From: Somniosus microcephalus
Taxonomy: Eukaryota
Length of the DNA: 64,000 bases
Direction: 5' to 3'
NCBI GenBank assembly: GCA_052327205.1
Contig: CM126212.1
Coordinates: 238,080,001-238,144,000 of the forward strand
Part shown: one piece after another, positions 61,065-64,000 of the stretch
Numbering within the stretch: the stretch's first letter is position 1
Layout of the letters: each line of letters begins with the position of its first letter
Position numbers and translations under genes: made by a program
The notes under the pieces: model-generated
Databases searched by the model: none
The model's input: only the letters and a program-made list of their open reading frames with translations
What the model was told of the DNA's origin: nothing

Positions 61065-64000
<2,936 letters not shown>

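Overview
Eukaryotic genomic DNA from a vertebrate, very probably a cartilaginous fish (shark), judged from HE1-type V-SINEs, SacSINE1-type DeuSINEs and abundant CR1/L2 LINEs. Three spliced host genes were reconstructed by hand with GT-AG boundaries and consistent phases: complete UQCRC1 (+, 13 coding exons, 15108-48953, 475 aa), complete NDUFAF3 (+, 5 coding exons, 52898-58061, 172 aa) and the last five exons of IMPDH2 (-, 61065-64000). Bases 1-14300 are a five-layer nest of retroelements (CR1 > L2 > second CR1-group LINE > near-intact Mag-type Gypsy with 5-bp TSD > HE1 SINE in its 5' LTR). Introns and promoter regions carry more than a dozen different minisatellites, several traceable to transposon segments. 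Other elements include a Harbinger-type element, a duplicated Tigger/pogo-like MITE with a micro-inversion, and a Penelope-type hammerhead-ribozyme relic. Most long ORFs in the supplied track are repeat artefacts. I see no prokaryote-style novel system. Repeat and TE-fragment boundaries are approximate, and family names come from recalled consensus sequences, not from a database search.
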